NCBI GenBank assembly: GCA_038207265.1
Contig: JBBQZZ010000014.1
Span: 47,224-111,223 of the forward strand
From: Chitinophagales bacterium
Lineage (GTDB): Bacteria > Bacteroidota > Bacteroidia > Chitinophagales > Chitinophagaceae
DNA length: 64,000 bases
Direction: 5' to 3'
Program-made: the position numbers and the translations under genes
Notes under the pieces: generated by a model
The model's database searches: none
What the model was told of the DNA's origin: nothing
The model's input: the letters and a program-made list of their open reading frames with translations, nothing else
Shown: one piece after another, positions 1 through 7,268 of the stretch
Layout of the letters: each line of letters opens with the position of its first letter
How positions within the stretch are numbered: the first letter of the stretch is position 1

Positions 1-1155
1 GGCAAAATTTACATTGTCTATTGTTCCCATTAACATGCGTGCAGCATTTTTTGTTGCCGGAATAAATAAATTTGATTGAATTGAAGTTTCAGGTACCAGT
101 CCACTCAACATCACACCTGCTTTTTTATAACTGCGTCCATTCTCATACATTTGTTCTACCAGCTGTACCGCAGGTTTGATCAGTTCATGCGTAACAGATG
201 TAGCTGAAGGCAATGTAGTTTGTGCACCAATATTGGGACCGTGATGAAAATCGGTTAAATAATCTGATTCTTTTGGAACAATGAATACACTTACAATACT
301 GGCGGCGCTTTGTTGCCGGCGTAATTTTTCTGCTGCTCTGGAGGTATAGGTAGCGATGGCTTCCCTGATATCATTGATATCTGTTACGGGTTCTCCAAAC
401 ATGCGTGTGGTAGCGATCATTTTTTTAGTTTCCAGCTGGTTTTTCATTTCGATGCAGGGTTCACCCCTTAATTCTTTGATCAGCCTTGCACCTACCACGC
501 CGCCCAGGTTTTTATAAGCCCATTCTTCACTCATATTATGCAAATCCCAGGCACTGATAATTCCGAGGTTCATTAATTTTTCTGCATAGGCCCTTCCAAC
601 ACCCCAGATACCAGTCACCCTCGTTACCTGCAGTGCTTCCCGCTGCTGTTCTTTTGTGGAAAGTATACTCACGCATTCGGTTATGCGCTTATTTTTCTTT
701 GCCAGGTGATTGGCAATTTTCGATAATGTTTTGGTAGGTGCCACACCAACGGAAACAGAAATACCTGTCCAGGCTTCTACTGTTTTCCGGATGTGCATGC
801 TATAATCTGTCAGATCTGCTGAAGGAATATGACTGAGATCCAGGAATGCTTCATCTACTGAATATACTTCTACGGATGGAGATAGTGTACGTAAGGTATC
901 CATCACACGCATACTCATGTCGCCATAGAGATTATAATTAGAAGAAAATACAGCAATATTGTGTTGCTCAATCAAGCTCCGGGCCTGGAAATAGGGGCCG
1001 GCCATTCCAACACCAAACGCTTTTGCTTCATCGCTTCGCGAAATAATGCATCCATCGTTATTGCTGAGCACCACCACCGGCTTGTTCAGTAAATCGGGAC
1101 GAAACACTCTTTCAGCAGAGCAATAAAAACTGTTGCAGTCGACGATTGCTTTCAT
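1..1155 (-). CDS. umuC: Y-family translesion DNA polymerase, UmuC-like (C-terminus lies beyond the window edge)
   Basis: Absent from the ORF track because its stop lies left of position 1. My reverse-strand translation from the ATG (complement of 1153..1155) reads MKAIVDCNSFYCSAERVFRPDLLNKPVVVLSNNDGCIISRSDEAKAFGVGMAGPYF..., a canonical UmuC/DinB N-terminus. The last 20 codons at the window edge, which I translated, are open (...IDNVNFA), and no competing ORF of 60 aa or more is listed in 1..1132. It lies downstream of a umuD homologue. Confidence 0.85.
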   Translation of the reverse strand, partial: MKAIVDCNSFYCSAERVFRPDLLNKPVVVLSNNDGCIISRSDEAKAFGVGMAGPYFQARSLIEQHNIAVFSSNYNLYGDMSMRVMDTLRTLSPSVEVYSVDEAFLDLSHIPSADLTDYSMHIRKTVEAWTGISVSVGVAPTKTLSKIANHLAKKNKRITECVSILSTKEQQREALQVTRVTGIWGVGRAYAEKLMNLGIISAWDLHNMSEEWAYKNLGGVVGARLIKELRGEPCIEMKNQLETKKMIATTRMFGEPVTDINDIREAIATYTSRAAEKLRRQQSAASIVSVFIVPKESDYLTDFHHGPNIGAQTTLPSATSVTHELIKPAVQLVEQMYENGRSYKKAGVMLSGLVPETSIQSNLFIPATKNAARMLMGTIDNVNFA

Positions 1156-1195
1156 ACCTCCTGACCCCCTAATGGGGGAACCTGGAACGAACTCA

Positions 1196-1600
1196 TTAAT
1201 TGTGTCTTTGGATTTCATCAATCATAAAATTTATTTTTTCAATGACGTTGTTCATGACTTGCATAATTTCATCATTAGCGAGCCTCATAAACTTTATACC
1301 CTCTTATTCAAGAATAGATTGTCTTTCTTTGTCTTTTTTTATCACATCAATCAAATCATGAATCGATCCATCAAACTCAATAACTAATTTCAATTGATGA
1401 AAGTAAAAATCAACAATATCATTTCCAATTGGATGTTGCCTTCGAAACTTTTGTCCTTTTGGTCTTGTTCGTAAATGCAACCACAAAATTCTTTCAGCAT
1501 CGGTCGGATTATGCCTGGGTTCCCTTGCTCTTTGGAAAATAAGCGGACCAGCACTATAAAACATTTCCTTTTTCACAATGAGGATTTTGATATAAGACAA
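1196..1600 (-). pseudogene. DUF559 (Vsr-like endonuclease fold) mini-gene interrupted by an in-frame TAA
   Basis: The track ORF 1304..1600 ends ...DKERQSILE at a TAA (complement of 1304..1306). Reading on in the same frame gives EGIKFMRLANDEIMQVMNNVIEKINFMIDEIQRHN, then a stop at 1196..1198. This matches the usual DUF559 C-terminus (G-I/Y-K-V/F-x-R-F/L-x-N-x-E-I/V). The N-terminal part has the typical ...TDAERILWLHLR...KFRRQHPIG..IVDFY......IEFDG..H motif string. Confidence 0.6.
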
Positions 1601-1638
1601 TGTGTAATGAATAAAGTAAGTTGATCTAAGTCCCTCCT

Positions 1639-2079
1639 TTAGGGGGACAGGGGGTGAATACAGTACGTCACCACTCCCCAGATCGAAAACTCATTACATG
1701 CAGTATCTACTTCAACTGGCGACAACTTATTTGATTCAGGCAATAGCCTGATCTTGTTAAAAGTTTTTTCTAACCGGCGAATGAGCATTTCGCCATTCAG
1801 GATGGCAACTACTATTTTTCCATTGGTTGCTTTTAACGATCGATCCACTATCACAGTATCTCCATCAAATATGCCTGCAGCAACCATGGCATCACCCCGC
1901 ATACGCATAAAAAATGTAGCCGGTTTATTATGGATCAGCTGTTCATTTAAATCAATACCTCTTTCTGCATAATCATCAGCGGCTGCACCAAAACCCGTGG
2001 CATTGGCCGTTCTGATATGGTGCTGGTTAAATTGTTTGGAACCTTTGTAAGCAGCGCCAAAAAACAGTTCATCTTCCAT
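1639..2079 (-). CDS. umuD: UmuD-like S24 peptidase-fold protein (Pol V accessory subunit homologue) with substituted catalytic residues
   Basis: Aligns by eye to E. coli UmuD across ...GF....ADDY.E..IDLN..LI.....TFF....GD.M...GI.DGD..IVD......G.IV.A...GE.....L. It lies upstream of umuC on the same strand. Confidence 0.8.
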   Translation of the reverse strand: MEDELFFGAAYKGSKQFNQHHIRTANATGFGAAADDYAERGIDLNEQLIHNKPATFFMRMRGDAMVAAGIFDGDTVIVDRSLKATNGKIVVAILNGEMLIRRLEKTFNKIRLLPESNKLSPVEVDTACNEFSIWGVVTYCIHPLSP

Positions 2080-2095
2080 ATAAAAAGATTTTTTG

Positions 2096-2116
2096 TTTAC
2101 TAATATATTTAGTAAA
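2096..2116. promoter_or_regulatory. Perfect 21-bp palindrome TTTACTAA-TATAT-TTAGTAAA in the divergent umuD / 2H-phosphoesterase intergenic region (candidate operator)
   Basis: Read directly: 2096..2103 tttactaa, 2104..2108 tatat, 2109..2116 ttagtaaa (an exact reverse complement). The palindrome sits 17 nt from the umuD start (2079) and 36 nt from the start at 2152. Confidence 0.4.
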
Positions 2117-2151
2117 TTTATACTAAATTATTAATCATCTCAATTTTTTTT

Positions 2152-2763
2152 ATGCAGGCTTCTGTACTGACTATTCCTGGCTACCAGGTGAATGAATACC
2201 TGCTGGTATTGAATCCGCATGAAGAATTGCGCAATAAAATAAAAACTGTTAAGCAGGCATTTGCGGAGTCGTATAAAGCACCCAATGCGCTTTGGGGCAA
2301 ACCTCATATTACCCTTGTTAAATGCTGGCAATATGCTATGATGGAAGAAAGAATTGTGAACCGGTTGAAAACGGTGGCCATGGGATATCATGCCTTCAAA
2401 GTAGAACTGAAAGATTTTGGCAGTTACCCTACGCACACTATATACATCAATGTAACAACCAAAGATCCTGTCCGCAATCTTGTAAAACAGATCAAACCAT
2501 TTCAGCAATTGTTGAAACTGAACAATGATAACAAACCACATTTCCTGGATGAACCACATGTGATCATTGCAGGGAAACTCGTGCCCTGGCAATATGAAAA
2601 AGGTTGGCTTGAATACAGCCAGAAACATTTTACCGGCCGGTTCATTGCGGATAGTATGTTGTTATTACGGCGACCAGTAGGTGAAAAACCTTACCAAATA
2701 TTAGAACGGTTTGAGTTTATGAATTTACCTGTCGCTACCAAACAGGGAGATTTATTCGGGTAA
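2152..2763 (+). CDS. 2H phosphoesterase superfamily protein (LigT / 2'-5' RNA ligase-like)
   Basis: The first H-x-T-x motif is present (GKPHITLVKC). The second is degenerate (EPHVIIAG, i.e. H-V-I-I). Size (~200 aa) and motif spacing fit the family. It is divergent from umuD. Confidence 0.55.
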   Translation: MQASVLTIPGYQVNEYLLVLNPHEELRNKIKTVKQAFAESYKAPNALWGKPHITLVKCWQYAMMEERIVNRLKTVAMGYHAFKVELKDFGSYPTHTIYINVTTKDPVRNLVKQIKPFQQLLKLNNDNKPHFLDEPHVIIAGKLVPWQYEKGWLEYSQKHFTGRFIADSMLLLRRPVGEKPYQILERFEFMNLPVATKQGDLFG

Positions 2764-2900
2764 TGATGTTGGAATAATTAAAACACAGAGAATATAAAAG
2801 ACAAGGAGAAATACAAAGAAAAATTTGTTTAAAATTATTTGAACACTTCGGGGGTCATCGTCCGATGGTTCTTTGATCAAAAAAAATAGAAATTCACACA

Positions 2901-3314
2901 ATGACACAATATTTTAAGGAGGATGTTTTTAGTCCGTTGACAGAAAGGGAACAATGGCTGGGAACACAAATAATTGATAGCGCTATAAGTGTTCATAAAA
3001 TATTGGGACCAGGTTTGTTGGAAGCTGTATACGAAAAATGTTTTTGTGATGAGTTGGGAAAGAGAGCAATCCCATACACAAGACAACCAATGATAAAAAT
3101 AATGTACGATAACCTGGTTATAGACGAAGGTTTGCGAATGGATGTAATGGTAGATAACTTGATTATAATAGAATTAAAAGCACAGGACCATCAACATCCT
3201 GTCTGGAAAGCACAACTGTTGAGTTATTTAAAACTGAGTGGTAAAAGGCTTGGGTATATCTTAAATTTTCATGTACCATTAATGAAGGACGGAATCAGGC
3301 GAATGATACGCTGA
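2901..3314 (+). CDS. GxxExxY family protein (PD-(D/E)XK nuclease-like fold)
   Basis: The name-giving motif is present: ...HKILGPGLLEAVYEKCFCDEL (G-x-x-E-x-x-Y). It is followed by ...DVMVDNLIIIELKA... and ...AQLLSYLKLSGKRLGYILNF, typical of this ~130 aa family. Confidence 0.8.
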   Translation: MTQYFKEDVFSPLTEREQWLGTQIIDSAISVHKILGPGLLEAVYEKCFCDELGKRAIPYTRQPMIKIMYDNLVIDEGLRMDVMVDNLIIIELKAQDHQHPVWKAQLLSYLKLSGKRLGYILNFHVPLMKDGIRRMIR

Positions 3315-3383
3315 AGATAAATCTGGAGTAAGGGTGAGTTTGAACCTAGAGACACTATGAGTTGAAATACATGGACACAAAGA

Positions 3384-3643
3384 CACTGTGTGAATCTCTG
3401 AGTGCACAGTGTCTCAGTGGTTCAAAAAAACGCTGTGAATCTCCGTGTCCCAGTGTCTCAGTGGTTCAGCTCACACTGTGAATCTCTGTGTCCCTGTGTC
3501 TAAGTGGTTCAGCTCACACTGTGAATCTCTGAGTGCACAGTGTCTCAGTGGTTCAAAAAAACACTTTGAATCTCCGTGTCCCTGTGTCTCAGTGGTTCAA
3601 AAAAACACTTTGAATCTCCGTGTTCCCAGTGTCTCAGTGGTTC
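3384..3643. repeat. Six head-to-tail copies of a 43-47 bp unit (consensus approx CACTGTGAATCTCYGWGTSCMSWGTGTCTCAGTGGTTC plus an A-run or AGCT)
   Basis: Units start at about 3384, 3431, 3472, 3515, 3562 and 3606, as read from the sequence. Each ends in GTGTCTCAGTGGTTC (one copy has TAAGTGG). Confidence 0.9.
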
Positions 3644-3696
3644 ACAAGAAAAATAATACGGTTCAAAAAATATGTACGTACTCAAAAATTATTACA

Positions 3697-4806
3697 ATGC
3701 CAGGTAAACTTCAGCAAGATCATTTTAAAGTAACTGCTAAACCAAAAACTGAAAATGAACAATACAAAGCGGGTCGCGGGGCTCAATTCAATACCCGCAA
3801 TAAGTTCTTAAAAACAGAGAACACCAAAGAACATGTAGAAGGAATAGATGACTGGACGGAAGAATCATTGCCCACACAGTTTATAGAACAGGAGTCCAAA
3901 TCAATCGTTAATAAAATCGAAAGTCCGGATGTGGGCATGAGTTATAGCATGAACCCCTATGCCGGTTGCGAACACGGCTGTATTTATTGCTATGCAAGAA
4001 ATGTGCATGAATACTGGGGCTATAGTGCGGGAACCGACTTCGAACAAAAAATCATTGTAAAGAAAAATGCGCCGCAATTGCTCCGCAAGTTTTTAATGCA
4101 TCCCAAATGGAATTGTGCACCCATCATGCTAAGTGGCAATACAGACTGTTATCAACCCGCAGAACAGAAATACCGGCTCACCCGGCAATTGCTGGAAGTC
4201 TGCAATGAGTTCAACCAGCCGGCAGGTATCCTTACCAAGAATTCCTGGATATTAAAAGACAAAGATGTGTTGCAGGAAATGGCAAAAAAGAAATTGGTAT
4301 CGGCCATGGTCTCCATTACCTCTTTTAACGAAGACCTGCGCCGGGTAATGGAACCCCGCACTACTACAGCCAAACAAAAACTAAAAGTAATAGAAGAGCT
4401 GAGTAAATCCGGGGTACGCATGGGTGTTATGATGGGACCCATGATACCCGGACTGAACGAACACGAAATGCAACGCATTATGAAAGCAGCAGCTGACAAT
4501 GGTGCTACATTTACTGCCTATACTTTCATAAGACTCAATGGTGCAATAAAATTTTTATTTCATGATTGGTTATATAAGAACTTTCCGGACAGGGCAGACA
4601 AGGTATGGCACCTCATAGAACAGAGTCACGGCGGGCAAGTTAACGACACGCGCTATGGTGTGCGCATGCGTGGCGAAGGAAGTATTGCACAGATGGTACA
4701 ACAGCAGTATAAAAAATACGGAAAACTATATAACATGAATGCAGAAGAATGGAGTTTGGATACCAGTATTTTTCGAAGACCGGGGGCACAGGGAAAATTG
4801 TTTTGA
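3697..4806 (+). CDS. PA0069-family radical SAM protein (SplB/COG1533 DNA repair photolyase-like)
   Basis: The CxxxCxxC cluster is present in AGCEHGCIYCYARN, and the N-terminal YKAGRGAQFNTRNKF is typical of the PA0069 family. I moved the start to ATG 3697 (MPGKLQQ...). The 84 upstream codons of track ORF 3445 are simply the translated tandem repeat. Confidence 0.85.
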   Translation: MPGKLQQDHFKVTAKPKTENEQYKAGRGAQFNTRNKFLKTENTKEHVEGIDDWTEESLPTQFIEQESKSIVNKIESPDVGMSYSMNPYAGCEHGCIYCYARNVHEYWGYSAGTDFEQKIIVKKNAPQLLRKFLMHPKWNCAPIMLSGNTDCYQPAEQKYRLTRQLLEVCNEFNQPAGILTKNSWILKDKDVLQEMAKKKLVSAMVSITSFNEDLRRVMEPRTTTAKQKLKVIEELSKSGVRMGVMMGPMIPGLNEHEMQRIMKAAADNGATFTAYTFIRLNGAIKFLFHDWLYKNFPDRADKVWHLIEQSHGGQVNDTRYGVRMRGEGSIAQMVQQQYKKYGKLYNMNAEEWSLDTSIFRRPGAQGKLF

Positions 4807-4831
4807 TACAATTCTCAAACGCTCATTATTG

Positions 4832-4852
4832 AAAACCGGGATAACCGGTTTT
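4832..4852. terminator. Candidate bidirectional intrinsic terminator between convergent genes
   Basis: AAAACCGG-gataa-CCGGTTTT: an 8-bp stem (4832..4839 / 4845..4852) with A/T runs on both sides, located between 3697..4806 (+) and 4860..5129 (-). Confidence 0.5.
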
Positions 4853-4859
4853 CTAAATT

Positions 4860-5129
4860 TTATGCCGTATATCGTTTCTTCATTTCAATTCCTGCAAGAA
4901 TGCCACGAGCCTCTATAATTTCCCTGCATAGAAATTCAATCTCCGGTGCGTCCTGTAATATATTCAGCTCTTCCAGCATTTGTTTGAAAGTAGCAATTCT
5001 TTCCCGGTAATACACTTCCATTACTTCTATCGAATCTGCCATAACTGGTTTCACTGCAGGCGCAGTAAAAGAGGGGGTTCCAGTTTTAATGCTGGATTTC
5101 TTTGTGGTGGTTGCTAGCTCTTGTCTCAT
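4860..5129 (-). CDS. Hypothetical protein (89 aa)
   Basis: This is the only ORF in this gap and is convergent with the radical SAM gene. I recognised no motif. Confidence 0.35.
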   Translation of the reverse strand: MRQELATTTKKSSIKTGTPSFTAPAVKPVMADSIEVMEVYYRERIATFKQMLEELNILQDAPEIEFLCREIIEARGILAGIEMKKRYTA

Positions 5130-5363
5130 AATAAAAATTTAATTGAACACTTTTTTGTTTTGAAATACTTTCTTTAACGGTGTAGAGCTTAGTTCAGTAG
5201 TTTGGTATGCTTTTTCAAAGTTGCTTCATTATCAATAGTCAGACAAGCGTTTTCATACCGATTTTTATGCGTATTAACGGCAGTCAAAATAAGTAGTTCT
5301 ACTTACGATAAGTTTGACGCTTGTTGATACTTTTAATCAGTATTAACTTCTAAAACGACCATT

Positions 5364-5852
5364 ATGCGTAAGATTAAAAAATCGTTATCCGCTGCTGTTG
5401 TGCTTACGGTAGCCTTTACTTCCATCAGTTTATTGTTTTTTTCCTGCAAAGAAGCGGTGGGCGTAACCATTCCACTTCCGAAAGACACATCGGCATTGGG
5501 GAAAATTGACCATTTTATTCCGTTGGATCAACTGGAAGTTTTGAAGAAAGACTTCGCTGTACAGCAAGACAGCATCAATCGCGGTGTACCCAATCTTTAT
5601 ATCCCCACCAGCGAAGCATTCAATAAAGCTGCCCTGCTTGAACTTTTAAAAGACCCAAACAATGTTGGTATTCGCATTTACTACGGCGTAAAAAAAGGAG
5701 ACAACAGGAACGAATTCCGCATGGTATTGGTTGGCGTGGATCAGCAGGGAAAGGATTTATTGATCACAAGAGGTTCGGCGATAGCAAGTAAAATTGGGGG
5801 CGATACACGGTTCGGACTGGAATTTGGACAATGTAATCCACCATGCCATTAA
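5364..5852 (+). CDS. Hypothetical lipoprotein
   Basis: Signal peptide with a lipobox-like ...SLLFFSC-KE (Cys at about residue 28). No family recognised. Confidence 0.55.
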   Translation: MRKIKKSLSAAVVLTVAFTSISLLFFSCKEAVGVTIPLPKDTSALGKIDHFIPLDQLEVLKKDFAVQQDSINRGVPNLYIPTSEAFNKAALLELLKDPNNVGIRIYYGVKKGDNRNEFRMVLVGVDQQGKDLLITRGSAIASKIGGDTRFGLEFGQCNPPCH

Positions 5853-5888
5853 TACCCGATACGATTCGCTTGTTTATAATCATGGCAG

Positions 5889-6554
5889 ATGACTAATACT
5901 TTGATTTTTATTTTAAGCCTGAGTATTGCCGTTGCAGCTATCATTGGCGTGATAAGATTTAACAAAATTGACAAATCTTATTATCCCTTTATATTCAGTG
6001 TATGGATTTCATTGCTGGTGGAGTTAACTACCCGCCTGCTGATGATGGGCGGTAATAAAAATGCATTGGCAATATTTTATAATGTCTATATACTGGTAGA
6101 TTTTTCACTTTATTTTATGCTGTTCTACAACTGGAAGTTGTTTGGACACAACAAAAGAATTTCACTTTTGATTGGAACATTTATACTCGTTTGCTGGATA
6201 GTGACTACGTTTTTTATTGTTGGAGCCACAACACCCAATTATATATTCACTATTATATATTCATTTGCATTGGTTTTTTTCAGTGTGAATGCTTTTAATA
6301 AATTTATTGTAAATGAGAAAGGAAATATTTTTACCAATGCCAGGTTTTGGATTTGCCTGGGGTTGACAATTTTTTACACATTTTTTATTGTTACCAATAC
6401 AACCAGTTTATCGGTATTTCAACTGAAAGTAAGCGTGGCGTTTCGCCGCAACCTGCATGAAATAAACGTATTTTCAAATTTATTGGTTAACACAATGTAT
6501 GCAATTGCAGTATTATGGGTGCCCAGGAAAAAGCATTTTACCAGTCTCTTCTGA
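5889..6554 (+). CDS. Integral membrane protein with about 7 predicted TM helices
   Basis: Seven hydrophobic stretches are read from the translation (LIFILSLSIAVAAIIGVI, YPFIFSVWISLLVEL, ALAIFYNVYILVDFSLYFMLF, ISLLIGTFILVCWIVTTFFIV, YIFTIIYSFALVFFSV, FWICLGLTIFYTFFIV, VFSNLLVNTMYAIAVLWV). It lies directly upstream of a histidine kinase and overlaps it by 40 nt. Confidence 0.6.
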   Translation: MTNTLIFILSLSIAVAAIIGVIRFNKIDKSYYPFIFSVWISLLVELTTRLLMMGGNKNALAIFYNVYILVDFSLYFMLFYNWKLFGHNKRISLLIGTFILVCWIVTTFFIVGATTPNYIFTIIYSFALVFFSVNAFNKFIVNEKGNIFTNARFWICLGLTIFYTFFIVTNTTSLSVFQLKVSVAFRRNLHEINVFSNLLVNTMYAIAVLWVPRKKHFTSLF

Positions 6555-7261
6555 TAATAGTAGCAATAGTTGGAATTATCCTATTGTACTTTATTATAAC
6601 CATAATTCGCTACCAGCGGAGAAGCATGCGGCTGCACAAAGAAAAAATACAAGCCGAAATTGATACGCTTGAAAATGAACGCAAGCGCATTGCATCGGAC
6701 CTGCACGATGAACTAGGACCCTTGCTGTCAGCAGTTAAGTTACAGATCAATAACCTGGAAACGACGGATGTGGCAGATTTGCAACTGATTGAAAAATCAA
6801 GCACACATATTGACAACATCATTAAAAAGTTAAGGGAAATTTCAAATGATTTAATGCCAAATACGCTGATGCGGAAAGGCCTTAAGATTGCATTGGAAGA
6901 GTTTATAGAAAATAGCCAGGAAGCAAGCAAACTTCCGGTTAAATTTATTTGCGAGCAGCAAATACAACTGGCACAGGATAAAGAAATCAATCTGTATAGA
7001 ATGGTGCAGGAGATTACCCACAATACCATCAAACATGCAAAAGCCACCATGTTCATCATTAAAATAAGTATACAGGATAACCGCCTCTTCCTCATGACGG
7101 CCGATAACGGTATTGGTTTTGATTATTTTAATAAGATCCGCGACAATATAGGCCTGGGTCTTCGTAATTTACAAAGTCGTACAGAAGTGATGGGTGGAGA
7201 ATTCAACTGCGTAGCAGAACCTGGCAAGGGTACTGCCTATACCATTGAAATACCTTTATAG
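6515..7261 (+). CDS. Sensor histidine kinase, HisKA_3 / NarL-partner type, single N-terminal TM
   Basis: H-box ...RIASDLHDELGPLLSAVK, N-box ...QEITHNTIKHA, and G-boxes DNGIGF and GLGLRNL...GG. Confidence 0.85.
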   Translation: MGAQEKAFYQSLLIIVAIVGIILLYFIITIIRYQRRSMRLHKEKIQAEIDTLENERKRIASDLHDELGPLLSAVKLQINNLETTDVADLQLIEKSSTHIDNIIKKLREISNDLMPNTLMRKGLKIALEEFIENSQEASKLPVKFICEQQIQLAQDKEINLYRMVQEITHNTIKHAKATMFIIKISIQDNRLFLMTADNGIGFDYFNKIRDNIGLGLRNLQSRTEVMGGEFNCVAEPGKGTAYTIEIPL

Positions 7262-7268
7262 ATGTTAT

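Noticed and set aside
1133-1387. 84-aa plus-strand ORF
   Set aside because: It is antisense to the DUF559 pseudogene and overlaps the umuC start. It has no recognisable motif and is a shadow ORF.
2140-2628. 162-aa minus-strand ORF overlapping the 2H phosphoesterase gene
   Set aside because: The plus-strand frame carries the HITL motif and a sensible divergent-promoter geometry. The minus-strand product is Phe/Ile-rich low complexity.
3384-3643. Possible CRISPR array, because of regularly spaced ~45-bp repeats
   Set aside because: The units are contiguous with no unique spacers between them. The unit is related to dispersed copies elsewhere in the window, and no cas genes are present. I called it a tandem repeat instead.
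3445-3696. An 84-codon N-terminal extension of the radical SAM ORF as listed in the track
   Set aside because: It is a Cys/Ser/Val-rich translation of the tandem repeat (…CLSGS…CVPVSKWF…). The conserved PA0069-type N-terminus begins after the ATG at 3697.
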